Positions 23,736-38,434 are shown, numbered from the stretch's first letter. The stretch is 64,000 bases of DNA from Octopus vulgaris (GCA_951406725.2 OX597815.1:34286001-34350000), one strand, 5' to 3'. Numbers and translations: made by a program. The notes: generated by a model not told the origin, from the letters alone.

Positions 23736-26700
23736 TACACTCAACAGAGTAGATTGTTGGAAAAGAAAAGTAAGTAGCTTTAGATACCAATAACCCTCCT
23801 ATTGTCTAGAACCCTCCTAAGTATCCTAGCTGTCCCTAATAACACTGTTTTCTGGAGCTGTACTAAATTGGATTTTATGCCTAATTCCTCTATCCATCTG
23901 TTGAGATCTTTAGGGATAGTTCCCAATGCACCTATAACTACTGGGATACATTTTACCCGCACTGTCGATAGAGACTATCGAATTAATTGTCTGGTTACTT
24001 GGGAGAAGCTCATAATACAGAATTCCTTTCCAATCCCACCAGACACGGAGAAAGACTTTTTTAGGGTGAAGACCCGCTTTTGGGGTGGCTAAGGGTGGCT
24101 CATGTTGCTTACTCCAGGATAGCTTTCTTTGAACATTTCGGTAGATAATCCATTTCACATCACCTGTCACAATTTGCTTTAAGACAGGCGCGTTTTCATT
24201 CCGTTTATAAAGCGAATCACAGATGGAAATGTGATCCAAAAGGTTCTTCTCACTCAACTCATGAGGTACCCAAACATCGTAGCGACTTGTATAATTCAAT
24301 AGCTAGGTCCTGGTACTTTGTTGTTTTTTCTATACCTCTCATATTAATTTTTTTCATAATTTGGGATTGTAATGACAATTATCTGGTACTTTCTATTCTC
24401 TTTATCTACTGCTACCAAATCAGGCCTTCTAGCTTCTATTACTCTGTCAGTCTGAATGTTAAAGTCCTACAACATCCCGTATTTCTTCCTTTCTAGTACT
24501 TTACTAGGTTCATGTTCATACCATTTATCAGTTTGTTCAAATCATAGCTTTCTACATAGCTCCCAGTGAACTGCTTTCCATAGATTGTCATGTCTTTTCT
24601 GGTATGCTTTCTGTGCCAGCATGCTACATTCACTTATTATATGAGTAACGCTTTCCTATTTTGATTTGCATAATCTACATTGAATCTATTTGGTTTTGGC
24701 TTCCCTACATTGAATCTATTTGTCTTGGCTTCCCTCTTCAGCTTTCTTTTCTGCAGCCATAAACGTGTTTTCCTACTACTATATGCTGAAACTATCCTTG
24801 GAAATCTACCACGCAACGCCTTCTCCTACCAATCAGATAATTTCTGTTCTTTTTCTGTTTTTTAACTTCGTTTGGGTTTTTTGGTTTCCCTATGTTTTGC
24901 TGTGACTCTATCAGCTTTTAATAAACTTTCTTCGCTATTAACTACATAGGAGTTTATATCTACTCTAGCTAACTCCATGCAGTCTCCTACTGATATTAAC
25001 CCTCTTCCAACTTCCTAGGTAAGTATAATCTTGCTACTCCCGCCCTTGGGTGGAGTCCTCCATTCACATTGAATTCCTTCCTAGTTCCTCTGTCTAGATT
25101 TGCTAATTCAGTTTTTGTTCAATCTACAAAAGCCGCTGAGTATCTAAGTAATGGTACTACCTAAGTATCTACAGACTTCACTAGATTCGGACAATTTAGC
25201 TTTGATTTCATTAGTTTCCTCACCCTTCTGATGTACTCCTCAATTTTTGTTTTCATTTCTATAGTTAGTACTCTGTCAGATTCTAATACTCCTAGATAAT
25301 TATAACTCTCTCCTCCTTTCAATGATTTTAATGTCGGGTCATCTGGTAATTGGATGCCTTCGCTGTTGACTACATATCCCCTTCTCATGACTAATATTGC
25401 GCACTTATCTATGCCAAATTCCATGCCTGTATTAAAGAATCTATCTCTTTTTTATTGTTACTAAAATACTCCAGACAATCCATGTAGAGCAAATGGTTGA
25501 TTTTTCCCTTACTATTTCTGAACTGATGCCCTGCCTTTGCCTTCCTTAACACTAAACTGAGGGGGATCAAACATAAGACAAATATTAAAGGGGACAACGA
25601 GTCCCCCAGAAAAATTCTTTCGATATTAACTTTCCCTAACATGTGTCACCTGAGTAGAGATCTACTTTCCATTTCTTCATGCTACAACTAATTAATTCTC
25701 CTATGATGTCTGCTATACTGAATATACTCAAACATTCACTTATCCGTGAGTGTGGGATCACGTCATAGGCTTTCCTATAATCTATTCATGCTATTGTTAT
25801 ATTTTTCCTTCTAGCTTTTACTTCATCTAGAACTGCTTTGTCCATGTATAATAGCTAGATCATGCATTCGTCTAGCCTTCTTCCTGCAACCTTTCTGTTC
25901 TTCTAGCAGAAAATTATGGCTGTCAAGGTGCTTGTAAATGCTTTCTGAAAGCATTCCTGTTAACAGCTTCCACACTAATGGTAAGCAAGTGGTTGGTCTA
26001 TAGTTGCTAGTTGTATTGCCCTTGCTCTTATCATTCATGATGCGTATCGTCCTCCCTCTAATCATCCAATCTGGTATTATTCCTCCATTTAGGCAATCCT
26101 GAAGTTGTTCCCTTAGTATCCCATGTAAATTACTGAATTTTTTAAATCAGTTACCCTGAACCGGAGCCCTTCCAATTCGGAATTTCTTCTAACATTTTAC
26201 TCATTAATGCACTAGTTAATCTTCGACATGGCTGCTTCTAACTCACTTTCTTTAACTATACTGCATCTCCATTATGACTGACTGGTTTATTCCAAATATT
26301 ACTCAAAACTTTCTAGCTTCCTCTACATTAGATTTCTCAAATAATCTATTCTATTGATATTGATCTATTCTTTTCTGATATCTGGAGAGCTTGCCTGCTA
26401 CTGCTATGATACGCTGTTAAAACTCTTCTATTACTGTCCCAAACCCTTTCTCTCTGACTAAGTATCTTTCCTCGAGACACGATTTGCATCTTGTGTTTCC
26501 TAACTTGTTTGTTTTCCAGGCTTTTATTCTACTCAGATCTTGTCTTAAAGCCTTCACTTTATTTCGTAGTCTCCTTTTCCGCATTTGCTCTTTTTTTAAT
26601 CGTCCCCTGTGAGATATCTACTCTTCAGGCGACTACTACCCTTTCTGCATAGATCAATAAGTTAGTAACTTCTATATCTTTAATATCTATCCTACTGATA

Positions 26701-27007
26701 ATAAAATCTACTTTCCTAATCATTTCTTGTAGCTTTCTTCTGATGGTGCTTTTTGATGCTGGTGAACTTTTTCTTCTTCTTTACTCATTACTTCCTGCAA
26801 CTCATCTAAAATCTTCTTATCTTCCTTACTTAAATCACTGAGGGCGTTAGTGCCAGTTGTCCCTTCTTTATTGATAACGCTATTATTATTTTTTTTCCTC
26901 TAAGTTCTTCTTTGGTTTGAGCTGGATCTCTTATGCTGTTGTTTATCTTCCCCACTGCCTAGTCTTTCCTTTCCAGTTCTCTTGTGATCTTTTCTACCTC
27001 CAATTCA
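23736..27007 (-). mobile_element. R4/Dong-type RLE non-LTR retrotransposon, long degenerate copy
   Basis: RT motifs NYRPTTCLPLVWKLLTG, EQKGCRK, IF.GDSLSPLIF, HLLYMD, MEFGIDKC and C-terminus PVVIGALG...LQKTVLLGTARILRRVL; many stops and frameshifts; 3' end abuts TAA/TAC repeats. Confidence 0.9.
23980..24290 (-). mobile_element. inverted internal mariner fragment copied from 22349-22659
   Basis: Near-identical reverse complement (two differences seen); no TIRs. Confidence 0.9.
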
Positions 27008-29760
27008 ATCAGTCAACGATGCTATCTCTGATACCCCTTATTCTGCTTGTTCCCCAATTCCCGCCCCTCAAACTTAACAGCTCAGCATCGTCTATACCAA
27101 CTCGTGCTCCTTATTTCCAAAGTTCAGCGAACTATTTACACTGGCCATGCGTGATTCCCCTGATGTGATAGCTATCACCGAGACTTGGCTGACTCCAGCA
27201 GTAAAGGACTCGGAAATCCACCTACAGGGCTACGCCCTTTTCAGATGTGACAGAGAAAAAAGGCGAGGTGGAGGTGTTGCTGTGTATGTTAAATCTGATC
27301 TCAAACCGTCCAGCGGTATTCTACCCACTAATGCTCAACCTACAACAAAATTCGATGCCGTCTATTGCAAGCTGAGCATATCCGGGTTTTGCCTGCCCGT
27401 GTTAGCTGTCTACAGGCCGCCTCTTGCCGACCACCAGGACGATGCTCATTTACTCAAAGCGATAAGATTCATTTCTGCCTCTCATGACTGTTTGATATTA
27501 GGAGATTTCAACGCTCCCACGATCGATTGGCCCGCATCAATTTGTATATCCTCTTCCCGGTTAGGCCAGGCCCTTCTTGACGTGGCTGAGATTGCTTTCT
27601 ATCGCAACATGTTGAATATCCGACAAGGCATCGGTCTGGGCAGCAGCCATCTATGCTGGATCTGGTATTCTCCCGCTATCCAAGACCAGTGTCAGACGTA
27701 TCTGTGTGCGCCCCTCTTGCCAAGAGTGACCATGCGGTCCTGAAGTTCGTCATGCACACAACTTTTTCTACGCCCACGACTACTTCGCTGCCACGTAGAG
27801 TCTTCTATCTAATTAATCTTGAAATTCTAACCGAGGCTTCCGCGCTTCTGGACTGGCGATCCCTGATGACGTTGTCTTCAGTTAACGAACTATGGTCGTC
27901 CCTCAAAGCATATGTAATCTGGTTGACAGACCAAGCAGTTCCCGTTGGGCTTCCAAAGAAGAAGAAACACAATGCCTGGGTGACGAAGAAGGTTAAACGA
28001 GAACTTCGACTCAGAGATATTGCTTGGGCTGAATTCAAAAATCTGGATTCGACTGCAGCTTTTGAGGTGTACAAAACTTAACGAGACCGAGCCGTGAAAA
28101 TTGAAAAGGAAGAACGCTTCAGATATGAATACAGAATCGCGGCAAACGCCAGTAGCAATCCAAAAACCTTCTTTGCCCATGTCCAACGGAATTCCCGCTT
28201 GAACAACTAAATTGCAACGTTGGTAGACTCAACAGGCGTATCGATGGAGGACCCTTATCAACAGAGTCAATTATTTGCCGAGGCTTTTTCAACTATTTTC
28301 AAACAAGATGATGGTCGTAAACCCCCACCATTTGATAGATCGGTACCTCCAATGCTTCGATTGGTCATCACGCGGGACGAAGTCGAACGCGTTATTCAAG
28401 GCCTCGATGTCAACAAGGGTCACCGCCCTTACGGCATACACCCAAGGGTTATCAAAGCGTTGGATCCGGTCATCTGCAAGCCCTTAACACGTCTATTCAA
28501 TATGTCATTGGCGACGGGTGTTATACCTGCGGACTGGAGAACAGCGATAATCTGCCCAAATTTCAAGAAAGGGAACCGCGAAGACCCGCTTAACTACCAA
28601 CCGGTTTCCCTTACATCAATAATCAGCAAGATGTTCGAAACCATCCTTAAGAAAAGTATGATGCTCCACCTCCAAAACACAGCCTCTATCTCTGATTCCC
28701 AACACGGCTTCGTGCCGAAGAGATCATGCGTGACCAACTTACTGGTAATGGAAGAATTGGTGACGCGCATCCTCGATGATGGTGATGCTGTTGACATCGT
28801 TTTATTGGACTTTGCCAAAGCTTTTGACTCGGTAAACCACCACCTATTACTTATCAAGCTTCAAGCATATAGTTTCCATCCAGATATTGTACGATGGGTT
28901 GGTGCCTTCCTCTCAGATCGCTCCTTCCAAGTCTAAGTTAATGGTTCGCGGTCCGACGTCTCCAGTGCGAGCAGTGGCGTGCCTCAAGGTTCAGTGCTTG
29001 GGCCCTTATTGTTTTTAGTCTTCATAAATGACTTGCCCGACGACCTCATGCAACACACCCTTCTATTTGCCGACGATGTCAAACTGGTCGCTCCTCGCGG
29101 TGATATAGAGGATCTTCGTCGATGCCTCCACCAAATTTGGAGATGGTCTAACGAATGGGACCTGTGTCTGAACGTGTCAAAGTGCTGTCATCTGCCAGTT
29201 GGCTCTCCTCCTGCAACTCAACTCGATTTCGGGCAGGTCGTCTGCTGCTGGAGAACCGATCAGGTAAGGGACCTGGGTATCTTGGTGGATTCCTCCTTTT
29301 CGCCTTCGGCCCAGTGCGTCCATGCTGCCAACAAAGCACGTGGAGTTCTGTTCTTGATTCGATGGTCATTCGGAATGCTCACAGCAGCCATATTCCTACC
29401 GCTCTATGTCACGCTGGTGAGACCCATATTGGAGTACGGGATTCAAGCCTCTTCTCCTTATCTCCTCAAAGACATACAGCATCTCGAAAGAGTCCAGAAG
29501 CTGGCTACCCGCATGGTTCTTGGTCTCAAGAATTTGTCTTATGAAGAAAGGCTGAAGACGCTCGACCTTTATTCTCTAGAAAAACGACGATGCCGTGGTG
29601 ATCTCATTCTTGCTCACAACATCATAAGCGGAATGTGTAACCTCTCGAAAGAGCTGTTCTTCACTCCTGCTCCAGAGCGTCGGCTGTGGGGTCATTCCGA
29701 AAAGCTCTATCTGCGATGATTTCATCTCAATCGAAGGAGAGGGGCTTTCTCCGTCCGGGT
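27008..29760 (+). mobile_element. CR1-group LINE ORF2 (APE plus RT), degenerate, 3'-truncated
   Basis: APE: YTNS.SL, PDVIAITETWL, GGGVAVYV, YRPP, GDFN, SDH; RT: NYQPVSLTS, QHGF, LDFAKAFDSV, PQGSVLGPLLF, FADDVK, RDLG, RPILEY, LERVQ, RGDLI; stops and frameshifts present. Confidence 0.93.
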
Positions 29761-29908
29761 TTATGGATGATCACGATATCTAGCCGTCTCGCCTCTATGA
29801 CTTGATTGCACTGTATGTTAAAATCCCAGAGTATTTTGTAATGTTCGTTTTCCATTACTCCCTCTGGCTTGTGTTCATACAATTGTTCGGCTCTCTTGAG
29901 GTTTGCTT
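29761..29908 (-). mobile_element. R4/Dong-type RLE fragment
   Basis: YEHKPEGVMENEHYKILWDFNIQCNQVIEARRLDIV. Confidence 0.8.
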
Positions 29909-30922
29909 TAACTCTGAACTCCGCAGCCTCCAACTCTGAACTCCGCAGCCACTGATAGGTTGTTGATTGGTCTACATCAACTTCTTGGATGTGGATTGAA
30001 GTGAATATTGGTCGTGGAGAGGTTTCTACTGCCATTTGTCTTTCAAGGTTTTAAGTCTTCCTGTTTTTGCTTTCATCCAATGCATTTTGGCTGTCTTTGT
30101 TGGCATTAGGTCAGCTCCGTTAGCTATTTCTATTTCTGCAATGTGTATCTCCACTCTTTATTTCTGAGCATTTTTGTTCACTGAATGAAACATCTTCTGG
30201 GAGTCATGTGCTCTCACGAATATCAACATCCAATCACTGGACTTGTTTAAATACTTCTGCAGACCAATTGTGGACCTATTATTTAAGAGTTTTAGTTAAA
30301 TCAACCCTCTTCTAAATTTCCTTGGAGGGTAGACGATTCTATATATGCCCTTAGATCATGCATTTTATTTGCAAAATGGTGTTTTCTGGATTTTTGTGTC
30401 AGATAATCTATTCTTTGTAGATCAGCTAGGTTAATTGAAATACTTTGATTACTGATAAACCTAATAGTAAGATTTCCAATGGAAACGAAGGAAAACCTTC
30501 AGCACATGAATGTACAAACGTTACACAGGCTTTACTCAAAACCAAAAGGTTGCAGAGAGAGTTACTCAGTCAGACAGTCATGTCTATTGATGTTGTTTAG
30601 CTTTATTTCAAGTTTATTCAAGCAAACCATTGATTAAATTCATTCCAGGCGTCACCATCCAATCTTCTCGAAAGTCGCTAATACTACATTATCTAATAAT
30701 AAAGACATCCGTCTCAAAGTCAAAATGGTACAGTTTCAGTGAGAATTGTTGATTTCATGCAACTGTAGCGGTTATATAAGAGATTATCTCACTGTCTGCA
30801 TTCGTCTGTCGTAACAGTATTTCCAAATGGCAACTTGATAATTATTGCTGTTGGCATATTTTATAATTTAATTTTTCGTATATATGTACATACATACATA
30901 CATACATACATACATACATACA

Positions 30923-31034
<112 letters not shown>

Positions 31035-31055
31035 ACTCTCTCCATATATATATAC

Positions 31056-31096
<41 letters not shown>

Positions 31097-31196
31097 CATA
31101 TTTATGTACAGATATGTACATATATATATATATGTGTGCGTTTGTACATATATATATATATATATAATATTTATACATATATATATATATATATAC

Positions 31197-31236
<40 letters not shown>

Positions 31237-31663
31237 ATATATATATATACAAGCACTGACATATATATGTTTGTATTTTTATACTTAATATTTATTTATC
31301 ATCTAAACATTTTTTCTTAAAAATTACCAACTACAAATTGTATTGTATATGCAACAAAAATAAACACATTTAATACATTTAAACATTATTTCTTATTTCT
31401 GAATCATTCTTTTAACATTTCATGTTTGCATGCTAAGATATCATACATAATTTAATTAAAATTGATGTATTTAATTTATCAATTCAATGTTTCTATTGAG
31501 TTCTGCAAAATATATTTTATACAACTATCAACTCTTTATCCACACTCTCTTTAGACATGCTTTCACTACTTAGTTCTAAATTTATCTGCAAAATCAATTT
31601 AAGCTTAAATTTAGAAGTTTACGTTCAATTTAATGTAGTATCATTCTTTGTCGTGTAACTCTA

Positions 31664-32016
<353 letters not shown>

Positions 32017-32354
32017 TAATATTTCGGTTACGTCTTATTTTTCAGTGGTGTCATTTTATAGTTTTGATATTTCATTGTGTACGGCTGAATATAATATTTC
32101 ATATGTAAAATTAGGAATTTTGTTAGGATTCAACAACATTATATATTGAAATTTATTTTTTGCTGTTATTGTTGAATGTTTGATAACTAAATTTCCATCT
32201 CTCTACTAATAAATTAATGAAATTTACTTCTATTTATATCGAAAACGGTGTCCCAACATGGCTGCAATCTTGTGACTGGATCCAGTAAAATACAATACAA
32301 AACTTTAATTACTATCATCATCATCATCATAATAATAATAGTCATTATTATTGT

Positions 32355-33743
<1,389 letters not shown>

Positions 33744-33863
33744 GTTTTCCTTCTTTCTTCAAATTTTCTTCCGTTTCTCGCCGAGTGTTTTCCATACACC
33801 TAGGGCAGAGAAGCTCATTGTATGCATTCCCAGATTACACACGCAAATTCACAGATAAAATAT

Positions 33864-33864
<1 letters not shown>
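33744..33864 (-). mobile_element. probable 3'-terminal stub of a TAA-targeting element
   Basis: Embedded in the TTA array; similar to 34005-34095 (CCGAGTGT..AGGGCAGAGAA). Confidence 0.5.
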
Positions 33865-33903
<39 letters not shown>

Positions 33904-33922
33904 CATTATTATTATTATTATT

Positions 33923-33954
<32 letters not shown>

Positions 33955-34004
33955 TATTATTATTATTATTATTGCTATTATTATTATTATCATCATCATC
34001 ATCA

Positions 34005-34095
34005 TCTTCTGCTTTAAATTCTGTTTCTATTTCTTACCGAGTGTGTTCCTGACACTGAGGGCAGAGAAATGCACTGAATACATTGGTAGGCCATT
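34005..34095 (-). mobile_element. probable 3'-terminal stub of a TAA-targeting element
   Basis: Similar to 33744-33864, same orientation, follows TTA/ATC repeats. Confidence 0.5.
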
Positions 34096-34110
34096 AAAAT
34101 AAACACATCT

Positions 34111-34537
34111 GTGGCTGTGTGGTAAGTAGCTTGCTTAACAACCACCTGGTTCTGGGTTCAGTCCCACTGCGTGGCACCTTGGGCAAGTGTCTTCTACTAT
34201 AGCCACGTGCCGACCAAAGCCTTGTGAGTGGATTTGGTAGACAGAAACTGAAAAGAAGCCCGTCTCATATATGTATATGTATATATATGTATGTGTGTGT
34301 GTGTGTGTGTTTGTGTGTCTGTGTCTGTCACCCCAACATCACTTGACAACCGATGCTGGTGTGTTTGCGTCCCCGTAACTTAGCGGTTCGACAAAAGTGA
34401 CCGATAGAATAAGTACTAGGCTTGCAAAGAATAAGTCCTGGCGTCGATATGCTCGACTAAAGGCGGTGCTCCAGCATGGCCGAACTCAAATGACTAAAAC
34501 AAGTAGAAGAGTAAAAAGAGTAAAGAGTAAAGAGTAA
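34111..34537 (+). mobile_element. SINE family A, near full length
   Basis: GTGGCTGTGTGG head, GGTTCAGTCCC B box, (AAGAGTA)n tail. Confidence 0.9.
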
Positions 34538-34614
34538 GCAAAAAATAATAAATGGGGAAAAGGGAAAGAAAATTCACAGCAACAAATATCATCATCATCA
34601 TCATCACCATCATC

Positions 34615-34674
<60 letters not shown>

Positions 34675-34771
34675 TATTATTATTATTTAGCCACGATAAA
34701 ACTCCGAATTTCGGATGTCGGAGCGAATATATATATAATATATTATATATATATATACATACATATATATA

Positions 34772-35118
34772 TATATAATTTAGAGAAAACTTCTGTTAAA
34801 CAATTAAATAGTGAAAGACGTTATTCACACCATATAGAAAACATACTTTAAAAACCTTATTCTAAATAATCAATAAAGTACATAAACAATAAATTATAAA
34901 TAGTAGTAAAAAGACTACGCGCGTTTCGTGGTTATACTTTCAAATAGATAATAATAATAAAATCATTTCGATTTCAAACTTAAATCGAACTAAAATTAAT
35001 TCTATTTAAAATTATAGTCAGTCATCAGGTCTAAATTAATAATGATAATAATGAAATAATAATTGAATAAATGTACGCATCTTAACTTATACTAATTATT
35101 AAATAAATAGAAAAATAT
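34772..35118 (-). mobile_element. AT-rich Penelope-type pseudo-LTR with hammerhead, copy 1
   Basis: Colinear with 36850-37245; hammerhead at 34912-35032. Confidence 0.7.
34912..35032 (-). ncRNA. type I hammerhead ribozyme motif with long helix II
   Basis: AGAC-CTGATGA-[94 nt, base-paired]-GAAA-CGCGCG-TA-GTCT. Confidence 0.75.
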
Positions 35119-35924
35119 CAACCATATGGTATTTCTCAGTTTCACGTCAATAATTGATAAGATCAAGATACTCTCCATGCTGGTGGTGCCCGCGCGAGTT
35201 GCGGAGAATATTAGATCGAAAACAAACAATACATGGATAACAGGCGATACAGAAGTAGACATACGAAAGTGAATAAATGTAATTCAAGACGATGGACGAA
35301 GGACAAAGACAGAATGAATAAGAAACGAACAGAATACAGCCTTAGGGCTGAAAGAAAACGTATGATGGGTAACGCTTAGAGGGGGATCCTAAAGGATTGG
35401 AAAGGAAACAAGTAGCTTTCGGACCGGTGTAAAAAGTGGAGAGGAGGAAAGGCTAATCATGGGTCGCTTACCAGCAGCAGGCAGAGGAGAAAGATTTCGA
35501 GAGAGAGTGTGAAGAGAAAAGGAAATGGATGAAGAGAGGGAAAAGGAGAAAGAGAAAAGACTAGAAATAGAAATTGCATCGATATATAAATAACTTACTG
35601 ATAATAATACAGGGTGCGTTGCGCTCCGTTACTTAAATGAAAAAATGCACAAGCGAAAGTAAAAAAGAAGAAACGTATGATGAATGACAGGCGAACGGAA
35701 AAACCTCTATTGAGTGCACAAACGGACGGAAAAAAGACACAGAAAGTGCTTAAATCTTCATCAGTTATTAACCAATTATCAACCAGTTTCGCACCATTAA
35801 TGACAAAACTGAGAAGCTTCTCCTAACAGTGAGATATATATATATATATATATATTATATCTTTTTTATTTTTATTTTTTACTTTATTCTTTATTCTTTA
35901 TATATATATGTGTGTGTGTATGTG

Positions 35925-35965
<41 letters not shown>

Positions 35966-36007
35966 GATAGTGTGTGTGTGTGTGTGTGTATGAATGTATA
36001 TATATAT

Positions 36008-36048
<41 letters not shown>

Positions 36049-36730
36049 CGGACGGACAGGCAGATAATTACAGAGTAGTGAAAGTGTATGTATGTATATA
36101 CAAATATTTATATATATATATATATGTGTGTGTATGTATATATATATACACACACACATACATAAATATAATTAGTTGCTATTTTTTATCTAGTTTTTGG
36201 GCAATAACAAAAGCAATTACTAAGACATTGTTACATTCAGTATTAGTAAAATTCATTGATGATAACCAAGCTCGCCTGATCTTGGAAACTGGTTAAACAA
36301 GTCGTTAAAACGACACTTGGTGTCCCAGTACACACAATATTATTATTATACATGTACATATCTGTGTATATATGCATGTAGTTGTATTATACATACACAC
36401 GCGTACACGCATATACGCACACATATATATGCCTGAGTGACCTGCATGGTGTAGGTGTAGGTGTCTTCAAAACAAAATTGGATTATCTGTCAAGGGTTCC
36501 AGATGAGTCTACTTCACGGCAGGAAACATAGATGTGATCAAACACCTTCATTCATCAAATGTCACATATCAGAGGAGGTTTTCAAATAAGGGCGTAGCAC
36601 AGTCGACGGTGGTACCCCAGCATGACCGCAGCTTTAAAGCTGAAACAATTCAAAGAGTCTTAAAGAGCATGTGTGTGTATGTGTGTGTGCATGTATGTAT
36701 GTATGTATGTATGTATATAAATATGCATAC

Positions 36731-36767
<37 letters not shown>

Positions 36768-36771
36768 GAAG

Positions 36772-37115
36772 TAGGGAATATGATTTCAAGCTTACAGGGA
36801 AAAATTCAATTTAGCAATTCTAAATCAAATTTCACAATATATAATATATGTATATAATTTAGAGAAAAACTTCTATTAAACAATTCCGTAGTGAATGACG
36901 TTATTCACTCCATATAGAAAATATATACTATAAAAACCTTATATTAAAAATCAATAAAGTACATAAACAATAAATAGTATATAGTAGAAAAAAGACTACG
37001 CGCGTTTCGTGGCTATACTTTGAAATAGATAATAATAATAAAATCATTTCGATTTCAAACTTAAATCGATCTAAAATTAATTCTATTCAAAAATATAGTC
37101 AGTCATCAGGTCTAA

Positions 37116-37193
<78 letters not shown>

Positions 37194-37245
37194 TAGAATA
37201 AATGTACTTAACTTATACTAATTATCAAATAAATATAGAAAAATA
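36772..37245 (-). mobile_element. AT-rich Penelope-type pseudo-LTR with hammerhead, copy 2, with extra terminal extension
   Basis: Colinear with 34772-35118; extension CTTACAGGGAAAAATTCAATTTAG..AAATCAAATTTCACAATAT is shared with 40880-40945. Confidence 0.7.
36993..37113 (-). ncRNA. type I hammerhead ribozyme motif with long helix II
   Basis: AGAC-CTGATGA-[94 nt; 18 of 21 basal positions paired]-GAAA-CGCGCG-TA-GTCT. Confidence 0.78.
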
Positions 37246-37305
37246 CGTGTATTAGCTATAAATAATCGAAAAACATTTAACAATATTTATATAAATACTT
37301 CTTGA

Positions 37306-37400
37306 TACTCTTTTACTCTTTTACTTGTTTCAGTCATTTGATTGTGGCCATGCTGGAGCAGATCGAATTTTAGTCGAGCAAATCGACTCCAGGACTTGTT
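37306..37400 (-). mobile_element. SINE family A 3' end (split copy)
   Basis: TACTCTTTTACTTGTTTCAGTCATTTGA..CCATGCTGGAGCA. Confidence 0.8.
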
Positions 37401-38165
37401 ATTTACTGGGACGTAATCGACATGAGTGATGATACCTCTTTCCAAGTGCACATTACCAGGATGGCGACAAAGTGCAGACGACTGGCTGGGTGGATCCTAA
37501 GAACATTCAGAACCAGAGATAAGGAAGCCATGATGGTCCTCTGGCGGACATTCGTCCTCAGTCGCCTGGATAACTGCTCACAGCTATGGTCACCCACCAG
37601 TGTAAAATTAACAGCGGACCTTGAAGCAATCCAGAGAAGATTCACAAAGAAGATCATCTCTTTGCAACAGCTCAGCTACTGGGAAAGGTTGAAACAGCTA
37701 AGACTCTACTCCCTGGAGAGAAGACGGGAGAGGTATGCAGTAATATATGTCTGGAAGATCCTGGAAGGAATTGTGCCAAATTTTGGCATTGTAAGCTATA
37801 CCGATGCTAGAACGGGACGACACTGCATAGTGCCAAAGATCCCAGCAATGCCATCACGCTTCAGGACCAGCTTCTGCAACAGCCTGGGTTTCAAGGGCCC
37901 ACAGCTTTTTAATATTCTCCCAAAGAGTCTGAGGAACTTGCACAAAGTGGATGTAGCGGTTTTTAAATCAAAGCTGGACATCTTCCTGTCAAGAGTCCCA
38001 GAAAAACCTACCTCACGGCAGGAGGTGCAAATGAGAATAGCTATATCAAACTCCATTCTTCACCAAGTGCTATATATTAGACGAGGTTCGTCGTAATAAC
38101 AGTGTAGCACAAGACGGTGGTGCATCAGCATGGCCGCAGCTCTGAGCTGAAACTAGGAAAAAAAA
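37401..38165 (+). mobile_element. CR1-group LINE, 5'-truncated, 3' end intact
   Basis: ORF 37422-38096 with WILRTFRTRD, SRLDNCSQLWSP, LEAIQRRFTK, LSYWERLK.L.LYSLERRRERY, GPQLFN.LP..LR, FKSKLD.FL; short 3'UTR and A-rich tail. Confidence 0.92.
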
Positions 38166-38167
38166 GA

Positions 38168-38228
<61 letters not shown>

Positions 38229-38231
<3 letters not shown>

Positions 38232-38329
38232 AAGTGCCACATATTAGACGAGGTTCGTCGCAATAACAGTGTAGCACAAAACGGCGGTGCATCAGCATGG
38301 CCGCAGCTCTGAGCTGAAACTAGAAAAAA
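38229..38329 (+). mobile_element. second copy of the CR1 3' terminal ~95 bp
   Basis: Repeats 38062-38156 with a few substitutions. Confidence 0.85.
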
Positions 38330-38434
38330 TATACATACATACATACATACATACATACATACATACATACATACATACATACATACATACATACATACAT
38401 ACATACATACATACATACATACATACATACATAA

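Noticed and set aside
35745-35795. Minus-strand GAAAC...CTGATGA as a possible type II hammerhead
   Set aside because: Only about 5 nt between the putative cleavage site and the core, so helix I cannot form
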